Assembly (NCBI GenBank): GCA_965215265.1
Contig: OZ244048.1
Span: forward strand, 2,432,001-2,496,000
Direction of reading: 5' to 3'
DNA length: 64,000 nucleotides
From: Candidatus Poribacteria bacterium
GTDB lineage: Bacteria; Poribacteria; WGA-4E; WGA-3G
How positions within the stretch are numbered: the stretch's first letter is position 1; each line of letters opens with the position of its first letter. Positions 9,731 through 19,860 of this stretch are shown here, one piece after another. Below the pieces are notes generated by a model that was not told the DNA's origin, ran no database searches, and saw only the letters and a program-made list of their open reading frames with translations. Position numbers and translations under genes: made by a program.

Positions 9731-10504
9731 ATGGATAAGGTACTAATACTTTTGATTCTGGCTCTGTTTGCCATCTCGCCTGCTGTGATGGCATTAGATA
9801 CAGAGGGGCTCGTTGGTTCGTGGCTGCTGGATGAGGGTAAAGGCGACACGGTCACGGATTCCTCGGATAACGGCTTGGATGGAAAAATCGCGCAAGGAAA
9901 GCCAAAATGGGTTGCAGGGAAGTTTGGGGGCGCGATGGAGTTTGGCGGTTCGGATATGGTGACAGTTCCAGATGACGATGCGCTAGATCTTGAAGATTTT
10001 ACACTTGCTGCCTGGGTGAACATTCCGAAAATTTCTGGTGCCTGGCAAATCATAGCATCTAAGGAGACACGGAATCCGACTGGACGCAACTACGGGCTCT
10101 TCGGCAATATCAATACCGGGGTCATCCACTATTCCTTTACGACAAACGCCGGGTGGAAATCCTTTGATGCCAAAACCGCTGTCACGGATGGGGATTGGCA
10201 TCACGTAGCAGGCACTTATGATGGTTCAGACTTCAAACTCTACCTTGATGGAGAAGTGGATGCACAAGTCGCACCCGGGACAAAGCCGGATACCAGCGAT
10301 AATCTCTTTTTTATCGGGGGATGCGATATCGGTAATTATTGGATGACCGGAACCATTGATGAGGTTGTTCTCTACGACAGGGCACTCAGCGATGATGAAA
10401 TCAATGAATTAATGGAAGACGGTATATCTGTAGCGTTGGATGTACAACCGGGTGGTAAACTCGGAACGACCTGGGGCGAGATAAAGTCAGCATTCATCCG
10501 GTAG
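9731..10504 (+). CDS. Secreted LamG/concanavalin-like domain protein with a GKLGTTWGEIK tail
   Basis: Signal peptide; GKFGGAMEF, WHHVAGTYDG, GTIDEVVLYDRALS. Confidence 0.85.
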   Translation: MDKVLILLILALFAISPAVMALDTEGLVGSWLLDEGKGDTVTDSSDNGLDGKIAQGKPKWVAGKFGGAMEFGGSDMVTVPDDDALDLEDFTLAAWVNIPKISGAWQIIASKETRNPTGRNYGLFGNINTGVIHYSFTTNAGWKSFDAKTAVTDGDWHHVAGTYDGSDFKLYLDGEVDAQVAPGTKPDTSDNLFFIGGCDIGNYWMTGTIDEVVLYDRALSDDEINELMEDGISVALDVQPGGKLGTTWGEIKSAFIR

Positions 10505-10556
10505 TCGTAAAGTCTGCGGCGACCGGCATATTAAATTCGGAGGGTTACCCGTTAAG

Positions 10557-10841
10557 ATGTCTGAATTAAGACAGCAACTTTTGGTGCTATATCTACACAC
10601 ACCGGACCTGAACAGCAGTGTTGTCGCCTGGGCGATGTACGATGGGACCGGTGCTGTGAAGCATACGACTGGGGACAGCGAGACACCGCCCTATAACTCG
10701 GTCTTGGAAGCGATGAAAGATGGATGGCGTGTGATTCAGTTCCCACAACAATTTCCGGCCTACCCCGGCATGGAATATCATACCTCCTATCTCAGGTTTG
10801 AGTACATCCTTGAGAAAAACGTGAGCGTAGGGCAGCCTTAA
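10557..10841 (+). CDS. Small hypothetical protein
   Basis: RBS GGAGG; 94-aa ORF containing PYNSVLEAMKDGWRVIQFP. Confidence 0.7.
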   Translation: MSELRQQLLVLYLHTPDLNSSVVAWAMYDGTGAVKHTTGDSETPPYNSVLEAMKDGWRVIQFPQQFPAYPGMEYHTSYLRFEYILEKNVSVGQP

Positions 10842-10983
10842 TCAAACTGAGATTTTTGGGCGGGCGAGTTTTATCAACGCGTCCATCCAATGCTCGATTG
10901 TAAACGCATCTACTGAAGTACTAGCAGGTCTAAAATCAACAGTCAAGGGTTGTAATAACTGAGAAAATCAGAGGGGTCTTCTC

Positions 10984-11733
10984 GTGAAAAGTGCAATCAT
11001 CGTGGGCGTGTTTTTTGTGTTAACATCTTCTGCCTGGGCCGGCACGTTTATTGAAGCCTTCAATGACGGAGACTTGGAGAATTGGCGTGAACTAAAAACG
11101 GAGGATGCTGTTCACTGTTCTTGGGAGGTCATTAATGGTGAACTTCACGCGATAAATCGTAGTGGTGCTGCTTGTTTCTTCGTGACAGGTGACGAGACAT
11201 GGCAAAATTACACTATCGCATTTGATGTCAAGCCGCTTGAAAAACTCGGCCCCGGAACTATTGGGATTGTCGCACGGGTTGAAGAAGCTGCTGTGTTTTG
11301 GTGTCGGATTACGGACCTAATATTAAACGATCCTGAATCAAAAGTAATGTGTTCTAGCTTTGAGATTGGCGAAAAGGTAGGGCATGTCTTTCACATGGAC
11401 GCTCACCCGTTTCTTAGGGCGAATAAATGGTCTAGACTGAAGTTGAGCGTTGACGAGGATCATTTTAGTTTCTGGATAAATGGGAAGAAAATTGTGGAGC
11501 CGGGAATGGGCTTTATTGTAAAACAAGATGATCAAGCAATCAGGTTGAAGACACAAAATCTCTTACTCCATCCTACGGGCACAGGTAGTACGGGTTTGGC
11601 TTTTTCGAATTATATCGCGCGATTTAATAATATTACCGTCGCCGGTGAGGGTATATTGGACAAAGACGGCTTATCGGTATCGCCTCGGGGGAAACTTGCG
11701 GCGACGTGGGGTAGTTTGAAAAAATCTTATTGA
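10984..11733 (+). CDS. Secreted DUF1080-like beta-sandwich protein with a GKLAATWGSLK tail
   Basis: Signal peptide; AGTFIEAFNDG, TGDETWQNYTI. Confidence 0.7.
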   Translation: MKSAIIVGVFFVLTSSAWAGTFIEAFNDGDLENWRELKTEDAVHCSWEVINGELHAINRSGAACFFVTGDETWQNYTIAFDVKPLEKLGPGTIGIVARVEEAAVFWCRITDLILNDPESKVMCSSFEIGEKVGHVFHMDAHPFLRANKWSRLKLSVDEDHFSFWINGKKIVEPGMGFIVKQDDQAIRLKTQNLLLHPTGTGSTGLAFSNYIARFNNITVAGEGILDKDGLSVSPRGKLAATWGSLKKSY

Positions 11734-11757
11734 GGAACACTCATGCTGCAATGTCCG

Positions 11758-11860
11758 GCTTTGAATCATAACATCAAAGGATTTGGGTGGGTGGGCGACG
11801 AGATTTGTACAAGGGTTATCAAAACATAAATCTTTATTGTGCTCCTATGTACAAAAATTT
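11758..11860. repeat. Degenerate family A fragment
   Basis: GACGAGATTTGTA...AAAACATA...GCTCCT resembles 8205-8295. Confidence 0.5.
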
Positions 11861-11947
11861 GAAATTCCCATAATTTTTGAAAAAAAGTGCAACTTTTTTG
11901 CAACTCGTTTGTAGTATCAGTAACGAAAAAACGCGCGGAGTTGCAAC

Positions 11948-12218
11948 ATGACAGAAGACGAATTCCTTGAACTGGTCCAAAAGCATCAAGTTTGGGTTTA
12001 TCGGCATGCTCTCTATCTGCTTAGAAATTCTGAAGATGCCAAGGATATCACTCAGGAAACGTTCATAGTTGAGGTTAACCTACCAGGGCGATATGCTCCC
12101 GGTTGTGCGCTGCCAGCACCATCTTCTCAATCTCAGTGTCAGTGGAAAACTTTACCGAAACGGACCGCAAAGAGATATCTACACGCTTAACAAGGGGTTA
12201 TCAACGCCTGTGGTATAG
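11948..12218 (+). pseudogene. ECF sigma factor region-2 stub fused by deletion to a fragment of a paralog of 12375..13628
   Basis: FLELVQKHQVWVYRHALYLLRNSEDAKDITQETFI, then in another frame from 12081 YQGDMLPVVRCQHHLLNLSVSGKLYRNGPQRDIYT. Confidence 0.75.
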
Positions 12219-12374
12219 TTTCAGTTGCACTGCATAACGTTCTAAAGTAGACTGTAACTCCATCCTTATGCCTCCTTTGGAGTGTTGCTTTTCTCATAAG
12301 GATAGCAGAAGGATGGACTTATTCAAACATCAAAACTAATTAGCACAAGTCGTTTGTCTCAGGAGATCTTTGAA

Positions 12375-13628
12375 ATGTTACAAACACATTTACCGTTTAA
12401 ATCAATCGGCATCCCATCGCTTATACTCGCGGTTTTATTGATGAGCATCCGTTTGACACAAGCTATCCACGCTGACATCGATGCATACGTATTTTCTGCC
12501 AAAACACTCAAAGACCCGGGCAGTTTCGCAGTGAAACTCCAAGACACGCGTGCCGCGGTGTCGGTATCCATAGCCATGCAATTGTCTACTGATACACAAC
12601 ATTTGTTAGGTGAATACGATGGATTGAGGCCTCCTTCTTCTGATTTACAGAACGCACTACTTGTAGACTTAAATCGGCTGCTTCAGACAGAGTCCTTCTA
12701 CAATGCCCCAAATTTTTCAGGTATCCAACTGAGTGAACAGACTCAGGCACTTATCTCGGAAAATCCGAAAAGCGGGGAAGCCTTGCGGCGTCTTAACCGT
12801 TCCCTCTTAGCAGATGCCTATCCATACGAGTTAGCCTCGCCTTCAGAGAAACAGATGCCTCGGCATTCTGAAGGCATTGAGATCTGTAGAGAAAATTTGA
12901 GGACTATCAAACTTGCTTTCAACAGTTATCAGGATTCCAATGGAGATACAGTCCCGCAATGGCTTTCCGAACTTTCACCACAATATATAGACGAGAAAGT
13001 GCTTCTCTGCCCCGCAGATGCGACAAACGGGATGCCCGGTGTCTTAACTGAAGGGGGAAGCGACCCAACACGCCCGTGCAGTTATCTCTATGAGATGCGT
13101 CCTGTTCAGAAAACGGATCATGAACTTTTACAAGCACTCGAAGGGGAGATGACCCCGATCGTTCGGTGTGAACACCATCGTCTCAACCTAAGCATCGGCG
13201 GAAAGCTCTATCGCAATGGACCCCAAAGAGGCATTTATACGAGTCATAAGACGGGAATGGCTTTGCTAACCGATTTTTTGCAGGAGTTACGCACAAAACA
13301 CGGTGAAGCGTTTCTCAAGACAAAAGAAGGCAGAAAAAAAATAAAGCACGCCACCGAGGAATTCGTCCTAAAAAAAATGGTGCCCCAACTCATCGCTGTT
13401 TTTGAGAAAGAAATTTACTCGCAACTTCAAGCAGAACTCGGGAAAGATATTCTCAACACCCCAACCGGTAAGGAGATATTAAAACAAGCCTTGGGGCAGG
13501 CGAAAAGTCAAATTAAGGAGCAACTGCTGGAGCAACTTCAGGCAGAGCTCGGAGAGGATTTTTTCCAAAAGCAAGAAGGGAAAGACATACGCAAGCAGAT
13601 ATCTTCCTTAATGAATTCTAATCTCTGA
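12375..13628 (+). CDS. Secreted hypothetical protein with a pseudopilin/DUF1559-like segment
   Basis: RBS AGGAG; hydrophobic N-terminus; CRENLRTI..Y..P..L..L...Y....LLCPAD. Confidence 0.6.
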   Translation: MLQTHLPFKSIGIPSLILAVLLMSIRLTQAIHADIDAYVFSAKTLKDPGSFAVKLQDTRAAVSVSIAMQLSTDTQHLLGEYDGLRPPSSDLQNALLVDLNRLLQTESFYNAPNFSGIQLSEQTQALISENPKSGEALRRLNRSLLADAYPYELASPSEKQMPRHSEGIEICRENLRTIKLAFNSYQDSNGDTVPQWLSELSPQYIDEKVLLCPADATNGMPGVLTEGGSDPTRPCSYLYEMRPVQKTDHELLQALEGEMTPIVRCEHHRLNLSIGGKLYRNGPQRGIYTSHKTGMALLTDFLQELRTKHGEAFLKTKEGRKKIKHATEEFVLKKMVPQLIAVFEKEIYSQLQAELGKDILNTPTGKEILKQALGQAKSQIKEQLLEQLQAELGEDFFQKQEGKDIRKQISSLMNSNL

Positions 13629-13915
13629 TCTGCGCTCTGCCCTCAAGGTCGCAGATTTTTTCTTGTAGGAATATTCCTTGGGTCTAAAAATGGCGAGTTT
13701 TTAGTCTTGTAGACTTTGATAACCGTTATTCGGAAACATGTTGCTGTTTTGCTTTTCGTCTGCAAAACATCACCAGTTTTTCAATCTAAATAACCGTTGG
13801 CACTTCAGGTTCATTTGCCAGACTTTCGGTCCCCCGCAAATTGTAACGTATTGTAACGTTCTGTTTGGAAACCTTAACAAATAGGCTCTCCCCTGTCCAT
13901 TGATGGAAAATTATT

Positions 13916-15358
13916 ATGTTGATGATATTAATTCAGAAAGAGATTCTGCATCATGTCCTGAGCGTCCGATTTGTCTCGCTTCTGCTGATGTCTGTTTTGC
14001 TTCTCCCGCTCACGCTTTCTATCAATTACCACAAGTATAACCAGAAGCGGGTTGATTATCAAGAGGCGATGAAACGCTCACAAACAGAACTAGCGGAAAA
14101 TCCACCAAACGCGCAGGATCCAAATACGGAAGTTTCCCAGTTGTTTCTTAAACCTACACCGTTGAGCACCTTCGCAAACGGTTTAGAGATGGCACTGCCT
14201 ACCTATCTTGGACTGACGCGCAATGGAGTACGGCAGGGGTCAACGGGGCTTGCACAGGCATCCGTCGCATACGTATTAGGAAATCTTGATTTCCTGTTTA
14301 TTGTCGGGACTGTTTTCAGTCTACTGGCACTTCTATTTACCTTTGATGCTGTCGCAGGGGAAAGAGAGGCGGGAACACTTCGGATAAACCTATCAAACCC
14401 CCTTCCACGAGATGTGTTTTTGTGGAGCAAACTCATCGGTGGATACATTGTGTTCGTGGTTCCATTCTTGGTATCTTTCCTCTTGGGGCTACTCCTTATC
14501 ACTTTGCAGGGGTTCCCTTTGGGCGAGTTTGAAGTCGTCTCCTCCGTGTTCTGTCTCACGATGGCCGCGTTGCTCTATATTGCTGTCTTTTTTGCAATAG
14601 GGGTGTTTATCTCAACCTATTTTGACGATGCCAAGACCGCTTTGATTGTTGCTTTTACGTTTTGGGTGTTTGTTGTACTCGTCGCACCACGGGGAGGGTT
14701 TGTCATCGCTAAACTTGTTGCCCCTACCCGAACACAACAGACTTTTTATATGGAAAAAAGAGCACTTCGTAATAACCTGACCAGAGATAAGGAAGACAAG
14801 ATTGGAAAAAGAATAACTGAAACCATGGCTGTGGGGGGCAGTGTTAATCTTATGCTAAACGATCAAGCAACGCAAAGAAGACTTGATGAACTCAGAACCC
14901 CCATTGAAGAGGAGTTTCGACTGAAGTTCCAGAATCAATTGGCTAAGATTAACAGGGAATATCAGCGCGAAAAGGAGAGGCAAGAACAACTGGGCGAGAT
15001 GCTTTCCCGGCTCTCACCTACCTCTTCCTTCTCTTATATTGCTACAAACCTAACGCAAACCGGTAGGTTAAAAAGGGACCTCTACTTTCAAACGGGTGAA
15101 AGGTATTACAAGCAACTTGAGAATACGTATTTCAGCGATTTTTCAGACGGTGATTTTACGCAGCTGCTCCAGTTGGCTGCTCGGATGGATTCGGCTAATA
15201 AATCAGAAAAAACAGAAATCCTGCCTCCACCAACGTTGACGGAACCCGATATATTCACAACTGTGCTTCGTTCTTCTGCAGATGTGTGCCTACTCGCTTT
15301 CTTCACCTTGGCGTTTATAACAGGAGCTTTTCTGAAATTCTTCCGTTCCGATATTTGA
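13916..15358 (+). CDS. ABC-2 type transporter permease subunit
   Basis: KEILHHV, FDAVAGEREAGTLR..LSNP.PR...LWSKLIGG; multiple TM segments. Confidence 0.85.
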   Translation: MLMILIQKEILHHVLSVRFVSLLLMSVLLLPLTLSINYHKYNQKRVDYQEAMKRSQTELAENPPNAQDPNTEVSQLFLKPTPLSTFANGLEMALPTYLGLTRNGVRQGSTGLAQASVAYVLGNLDFLFIVGTVFSLLALLFTFDAVAGEREAGTLRINLSNPLPRDVFLWSKLIGGYIVFVVPFLVSFLLGLLLITLQGFPLGEFEVVSSVFCLTMAALLYIAVFFAIGVFISTYFDDAKTALIVAFTFWVFVVLVAPRGGFVIAKLVAPTRTQQTFYMEKRALRNNLTRDKEDKIGKRITETMAVGGSVNLMLNDQATQRRLDELRTPIEEEFRLKFQNQLAKINREYQREKERQEQLGEMLSRLSPTSSFSYIATNLTQTGRLKRDLYFQTGERYYKQLENTYFSDFSDGDFTQLLQLAARMDSANKSEKTEILPPPTLTEPDIFTTVLRSSADVCLLAFFTLAFITGAFLKFFRSDI

Positions 15359-15428
15359 AGCACTCTTCGGGCACCTAAAGGAAATTTGATAAGGATTTTA
15401 ATATATTAAAGTGTTCAGGTTTGCCGTG

Positions 15429-15510
15429 GTGTGAAAGCGAGTGTGCCCATCTCGTCGGAGCAACCTTGGCCAAGATGTCTCCGACGAGATGGGCACATAC
15501 AGTTTCACAC
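15429..15510. repeat. Long hairpin carrying the family A core
   Basis: 19-bp perfect stem TGTGCCCATCTCGTCGGAG (15442) / CTCCGACGAGATGGGCACA (15479), flanked by GTGTGAAA/TTTCACAC. Confidence 0.8.
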
Positions 15511-15546
15511 CCTGTGATGCCTTATCGCTACCGTATACAAAAAAGG

Positions 15547-15600
15547 ATGCAATCGATTATTTTGTGCGGCGGGCTCGCCACACGGCGGGGAAACTATCCG
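15547..15600 (+). pseudogene. Nucleotidyltransferase N-terminal remnant
   Basis: MQSIILCGGLATRRG resembles the NTP-transferase GGxxTR loop; similarity ends there. Confidence 0.45.
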
Positions 15601-15873
15601 TATCTTGAAACACCTATCGACGGCTTATCTGTCCGATTTGCCACGAACCCCCGTTCACTTGCTCCTGATAGTTCAGAACATGGGAGTTGGCGCTTCAATC
15701 TCCGGGAATAGAACACAAACAGACCGCAGTAAAATCTTGTGCAAAAAAGAGCGGCAATCTGGTAAAATAGGGAGGGTGCTATCTCTCTGTTATTTTCAAA
15801 GAGATGCTACCGTTAGAAATGTTAATTTGTGTGCTCTTACGGTTCTATAGGTAAAATTGGAGGTAGGAAACTG

Positions 15874-16692
15874 ATGAGTGAGAAAAAGTATTTGCTCAAT
15901 ACAGAACAGATGGCGAATTTCGTAGCGGATGGCTACCTGCGCTTTGATGAATTAATCCCGCGCGAATTAAACGAAGCTGCACATGCGGAAATGGAATCCG
16001 GTGTGATTGTGCGTGGCCGGGGCGGCACGGTGTTAGACGAAGTCTGGGACGATGGCTCCGCTGTCGGACAGGTTTTCCGTATGCCGGAGGTGCAGGGCAT
16101 TATCCAGAGTCTTGTCGGCGAAAATCCGCTCTATGACCATCATGCGGTTCACATTGTGCGTCCTCAGAACGAGATGGGTCAAATTTGGCATGCGGATGCC
16201 ATCATCGACTTGCGGATGCACTTTGATATCCAATTCTTCTATTTCTCGCATGACACGCCGCGCGAAATGGGTGGTACGATGATTTTGCCGGGCAGTCACT
16301 ATCGCCGTGTCTGCGAAACGGACATCGCCCGCTACCAAAACTTTCTCGGTCAGCTTCCTGTTGTCTGCAAGGCAGGTACGCTGCTGGTAGTGCATCACGG
16401 GATGTGGCACTGTGCGCAGCCGAATCTCACGGACTGGACGCGCTACATGTTCAAGCTGCGGCTCAATCCGACCGTGCGCCAACTCCGTCTCTGGAATACA
16501 GATGAGTTGGAGACAGCCGGTATCCACGGTATTCTTGGACGGAACCATAGATGGTATGGGAACGATGTTCGGCTTGAGATTGTCAACCGGATTAAGCAGT
16601 GGCGTTTCTTGATTGGCGATGACTCGTTTGATGTGAGTTACTGGTTATCTCGCCTAGAAAATATGCCGGAGAACACGCGTGACGCTGCCTAG
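15874..16692 (+). CDS. PhyH-family dioxygenase
   Basis: FVADGY, canonical WHAD, MGGTMILPGSH, MWHC; RBS GGAGG. Confidence 0.85.
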   Translation: MSEKKYLLNTEQMANFVADGYLRFDELIPRELNEAAHAEMESGVIVRGRGGTVLDEVWDDGSAVGQVFRMPEVQGIIQSLVGENPLYDHHAVHIVRPQNEMGQIWHADAIIDLRMHFDIQFFYFSHDTPREMGGTMILPGSHYRRVCETDIARYQNFLGQLPVVCKAGTLLVVHHGMWHCAQPNLTDWTRYMFKLRLNPTVRQLRLWNTDELETAGIHGILGRNHRWYGNDVRLEIVNRIKQWRFLIGDDSFDVSYWLSRLENMPENTRDAA

Positions 16693-16734
16693 TTGAAAGG
16701 TGAATGGGGCGGGATGTGCTTTCGGGCGTATAAG

Positions 16735-16758
16735 TAGGCGCGAAAAAAAACGCGCCTA
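16735..16758. terminator. Hairpin between convergent genes
   Basis: TAGGCGCG-A8-CGCGCCTA. Confidence 0.5.
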
Positions 16759-16794
16759 CGCCTACAAGTTGAAGTTTTTGATGACTCACTAGAA

Positions 16795-17637
16795 CTAGCG
16801 GTCTCGCCTTCTCCTATTCGCTCTTCTTTCACGTGCTTCCTTTCTTCTAATTTCGACCTGTTCTCTCATTTCTGCTTCTTTCTCCTTGAATTCCTCCATC
16901 ATCCGTTCGCGTTCTTCTTTAGAAGCGTTCTGGAACTTCTCTGCCATTTCCGCCTTCATTTTTTGCAGGTTTGCTCGTCCGCGATCCGCTGCGTTGGCAT
17001 TGGCGTTACCTCTTTCGTTGGTTTTATTTTCGCCTGCTTGTTGAGTGCGTGGGTTACCGCCCTTTCCCGTACCACGTGATGCGGAGAGAAACTGCAGGGA
17101 GCTCGTTTTCAACGTTAACGGCTTCCCGGCCTGGTCCAACGTAATCTGTTTGGCTTGGATATCCGTGACGGTGACCTCACCGATTTTTTCACCGATGGTG
17201 ACAACGTGATACTGATTAGATCTTTTCTCTAGTACAATTGCCTGTGCAATTGTGCTGTTTGTATCAACGACGGTACCAATCAGTGAGTATTGCGGTTCTG
17301 ATTTTTTGGGTGCCCAGCCGAGCGGTCTAAAGAGATTGTAGTCAATAATAACACGATAAAATTCAGCGTGTTTACCGTAGTCAATTTTCCTACTGCTTGT
17401 CCGGTTGCGTGCTCGAGCCTGTTGTGGAATGCCTTTTCTCGCTGCCAAGGCTTTCTGCCTGGATGCCATGGCTTTCTGTTTTGCGGTGCTGAATTCCGGC
17501 TTTGTGGCTATTACATCTTCTTTCGCCTGATTTTGTGCATGGATGTGCAGTGCCAAAACCAGAAACAGGCATATTACACAGCCGAGCGCGACTTTCAATA
17601 AATATCTGGAATTAGCAAGTTTCAATCGCGGATTCAT
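16795..17637 (-). CDS. GspC/T2SS-C-like membrane-anchored protein with a charged tail
   Basis: Single TM; IIDYNLF, YSLIGTV..AIV, VTIGEKIGEVTVTDIQAKQITL; RBS AGGAGG. Confidence 0.6.
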   Translation of the reverse strand: MNPRLKLANSRYLLKVALGCVICLFLVLALHIHAQNQAKEDVIATKPEFSTAKQKAMASRQKALAARKGIPQQARARNRTSSRKIDYGKHAEFYRVIIDYNLFRPLGWAPKKSEPQYSLIGTVVDTNSTIAQAIVLEKRSNQYHVVTIGEKIGEVTVTDIQAKQITLDQAGKPLTLKTSSLQFLSASRGTGKGGNPRTQQAGENKTNERGNANANAADRGRANLQKMKAEMAEKFQNASKEERERMMEEFKEKEAEMREQVEIRRKEARERRANRRRRDR

Positions 17638-18050
17638 TTTTCCCTCCTATGTGGGTGGCATTGCAGGTATAACGAACGACACAATATACGTTTGACGACC
17701 ACAACAAGCAGGACTTTTTGCCAATAGACGCTTATTAGCATCTCATACAAGAGATGTGACGTGTTGACTGAGCAAAAAGTTCGTCACAAAATGCTACTCA
17801 ATTATATCACATCTTTTGTTAGAAGTCAAATTTGGGTGCCATAATAGAATTAGCACAGTTTCTGTGCTTTCTCATATTGTGAGAAAGAAAGCGCCGAGAT
17901 TTCCATTGTGATTGATAATGATGCGCTCAAGCAACGAGTTACCGAGTTTGCCGAGCCTGTCGAAAAAAAACGCGCTGTGCACTTTGTGTCGGGAACTTGC
18001 AAAACGGTCAGAGGCATGCTTCAAAGTCATTAGCACTTTAGGATGTTGCC

Positions 18051-19331
18051 CTACGACCGGTCTATCTGATTTCCCCTTCGTTCTAACATGCTGCTGGCGG
18101 GTTCATCATCAGGATTTTGCGAGACGAGTTTACCAGAGAAGGCGTGCTTGAGAATCGACTGCCGCAGCCGTTCGGCGCGTCTGCTTTCTGCCGCAAGCGT
18201 CGCCTCAACCTCATCTACGATGGAGAAGTGGTGCTCAACTTCGGAGACGATGCGGCGTTGTTCCGGGAGGGGCGGAAGGGGGATTGGGGCCTTCTCTAAA
18301 AATTGGAAATGTCTTGCATATCCTTTGTCTGGAAGTGGAATCGCTTGCGTAAAATAATAGAATAGCTTAGGCTCATACATTTCTTGAGGTTTAATGACTT
18401 TTATTCCGTCGGCTCCGGCGACAAAATCAAAATTTACATATTTGATAGCTTTGGTATGGTCTCCGAAAACTATAGCAGGCAGTTGACATTCAACTCTGAG
18501 ATTTTCGTTATCGGTATATCCACCGATAAAAGATAATCCCTGATCTATAACAGGAAGTTTTCCGCTGGCTTGATAGTCTCTTTTTTTTACTTTTTTCCCG
18601 CTTACGGATACCTTATTTATGACGTGCCCAACCTGTGTCCAGACCCACCCGTTTGGCAAATCAGACGAATGACTTGTTGCTTGAAGAGGATCCAAACGCG
18701 CTTCGCGCCATTCCTTTGTGAGTTCGCCTTCAAAGGCGGCTTTGAGGAGGGAGCGGCGATACCTTTTCAGTTGTGCTTGTGCTTGTTTGAGGGCATCAAC
18801 GCCTGCGTCTAATTGTGTAAACAGCGCGTCCAACTTAGCAACGATACGACGTTGTTCCGGGAGTGGGGGCAGGGGGATTGGAATTCGTTTAAGTTTGCTT
18901 GCATTTACATTTGGGAGGGTGATGCCTGCTTTTTCTTCTGAGAGGGTTTGCCAATAAAATGGACTCTGTAAGAAAAACGCGAGATAATTTTCATCAATTA
19001 TTGATAACGGGCGGAACCGAATGAGGTATGAGGCAAACACAGCATTTTGCGGGTTTTTAAGCAGATAACTGTAGCCAATAGAGCCGGCTCGTGAAATGAC
19101 AATATCCCCTGTTTTTAGCAGGTATTTTTCGCTTTTTGGTGGTTCAACTTCGCAGAATGGGACGGTTTCCCAATTGACATTTCCGGAGGTAATATCGGTT
19201 GTTCTAAGTAGATGCAGGGTTCCCTGTGGACTTGCCTTAGTTGTCCAACCGTATTGTGGAGTTGAGCAAACATTTTGAAGTGTTGTCCACACCCATCCGT
19301 TTGGCAAATCATTAGAAAATGGAGTTAGCAT
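18051..19331 (-). CDS. hsdS: Type I restriction-modification specificity subunit
   Basis: Two TRD units, each starting DLPNGWVWT and ending PIPLPPLPEQRRIV; C-terminal DEPAS. Confidence 0.9.
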   Translation of the reverse strand: MLTPFSNDLPNGWVWTTLQNVCSTPQYGWTTKASPQGTLHLLRTTDITSGNVNWETVPFCEVEPPKSEKYLLKTGDIVISRAGSIGYSYLLKNPQNAVFASYLIRFRPLSIIDENYLAFFLQSPFYWQTLSEEKAGITLPNVNASKLKRIPIPLPPLPEQRRIVAKLDALFTQLDAGVDALKQAQAQLKRYRRSLLKAAFEGELTKEWREARLDPLQATSHSSDLPNGWVWTQVGHVINKVSVSGKKVKKRDYQASGKLPVIDQGLSFIGGYTDNENLRVECQLPAIVFGDHTKAIKYVNFDFVAGADGIKVIKPQEMYEPKLFYYFTQAIPLPDKGYARHFQFLEKAPIPLPPLPEQRRIVSEVEHHFSIVDEVEATLAAESRRAERLRQSILKHAFSGKLVSQNPDDEPASSMLERRGNQIDRS

Positions 19332-19520
19332 TTGTGATTTCCTTAGCGATACCGAGCATGAAGCGGCCGCCTTCTTGCGGAGGCAGAGATGCACAGCTTC
19401 CTGCTTTGTGTAAGCGTTTTAATCCGATTAAAGCGAGGGCTTGTAAGATGCTGTCGCAGCTTATACTGTCTAGGGCTTATTGACGAACTGATTTCCACGG
19501 GTTTCGGGTAATAAGAGACG

Positions 19521-19597
19521 GTGTTATTAACGTTAAGCCCACTTAACGTTAATAAGAATTGTGTTATTAACGTTAAACCCACTTAACGTTAATAAGA
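19521..19597. repeat. Tandem pair of 37-bp hairpins containing four TTAACGTTAA palindromes
   Basis: GTGTTATTAACGTTAA(g/a)CCCACTTAACGTTAATAAGA at 19521 and 19561. Confidence 0.9.
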
Positions 19598-19664
19598 GAC
19601 GGAACTCCGTTGCAACAGCTTTATGTTAAGTTTAGCATAAAGTTGATTTGGATGCAATTCGGGT

Positions 19665-19860
19665 TTAGGAGACTAACTGTTGCGTGAGGTCCTTTAATAT
19701 TGTCTCTAACTCATGCTCGAAGAGTTGGTAGACTTTGGCTCCGTTTCCGCGTGCTGCAAAAGGTGCGTATTCAAAATCGGCTATGCGGATGTCAAGCGAA
19801 ATGGCGATGTGCTCGCGTATCATCTCAAGCCATGTGTGTTGTTCTTCGGTGAAGGTCTGC
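19665..19860 (-). pseudogene. hsdR: hsdR C-terminal remnant (EcoEI_R_C-like)
   Basis: QTFTEEQHTWLEMIREHIAISLDIRIADFEYAPFAARGNGAKVYQLF...QQLVS*; no N-terminus. Confidence 0.75.
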
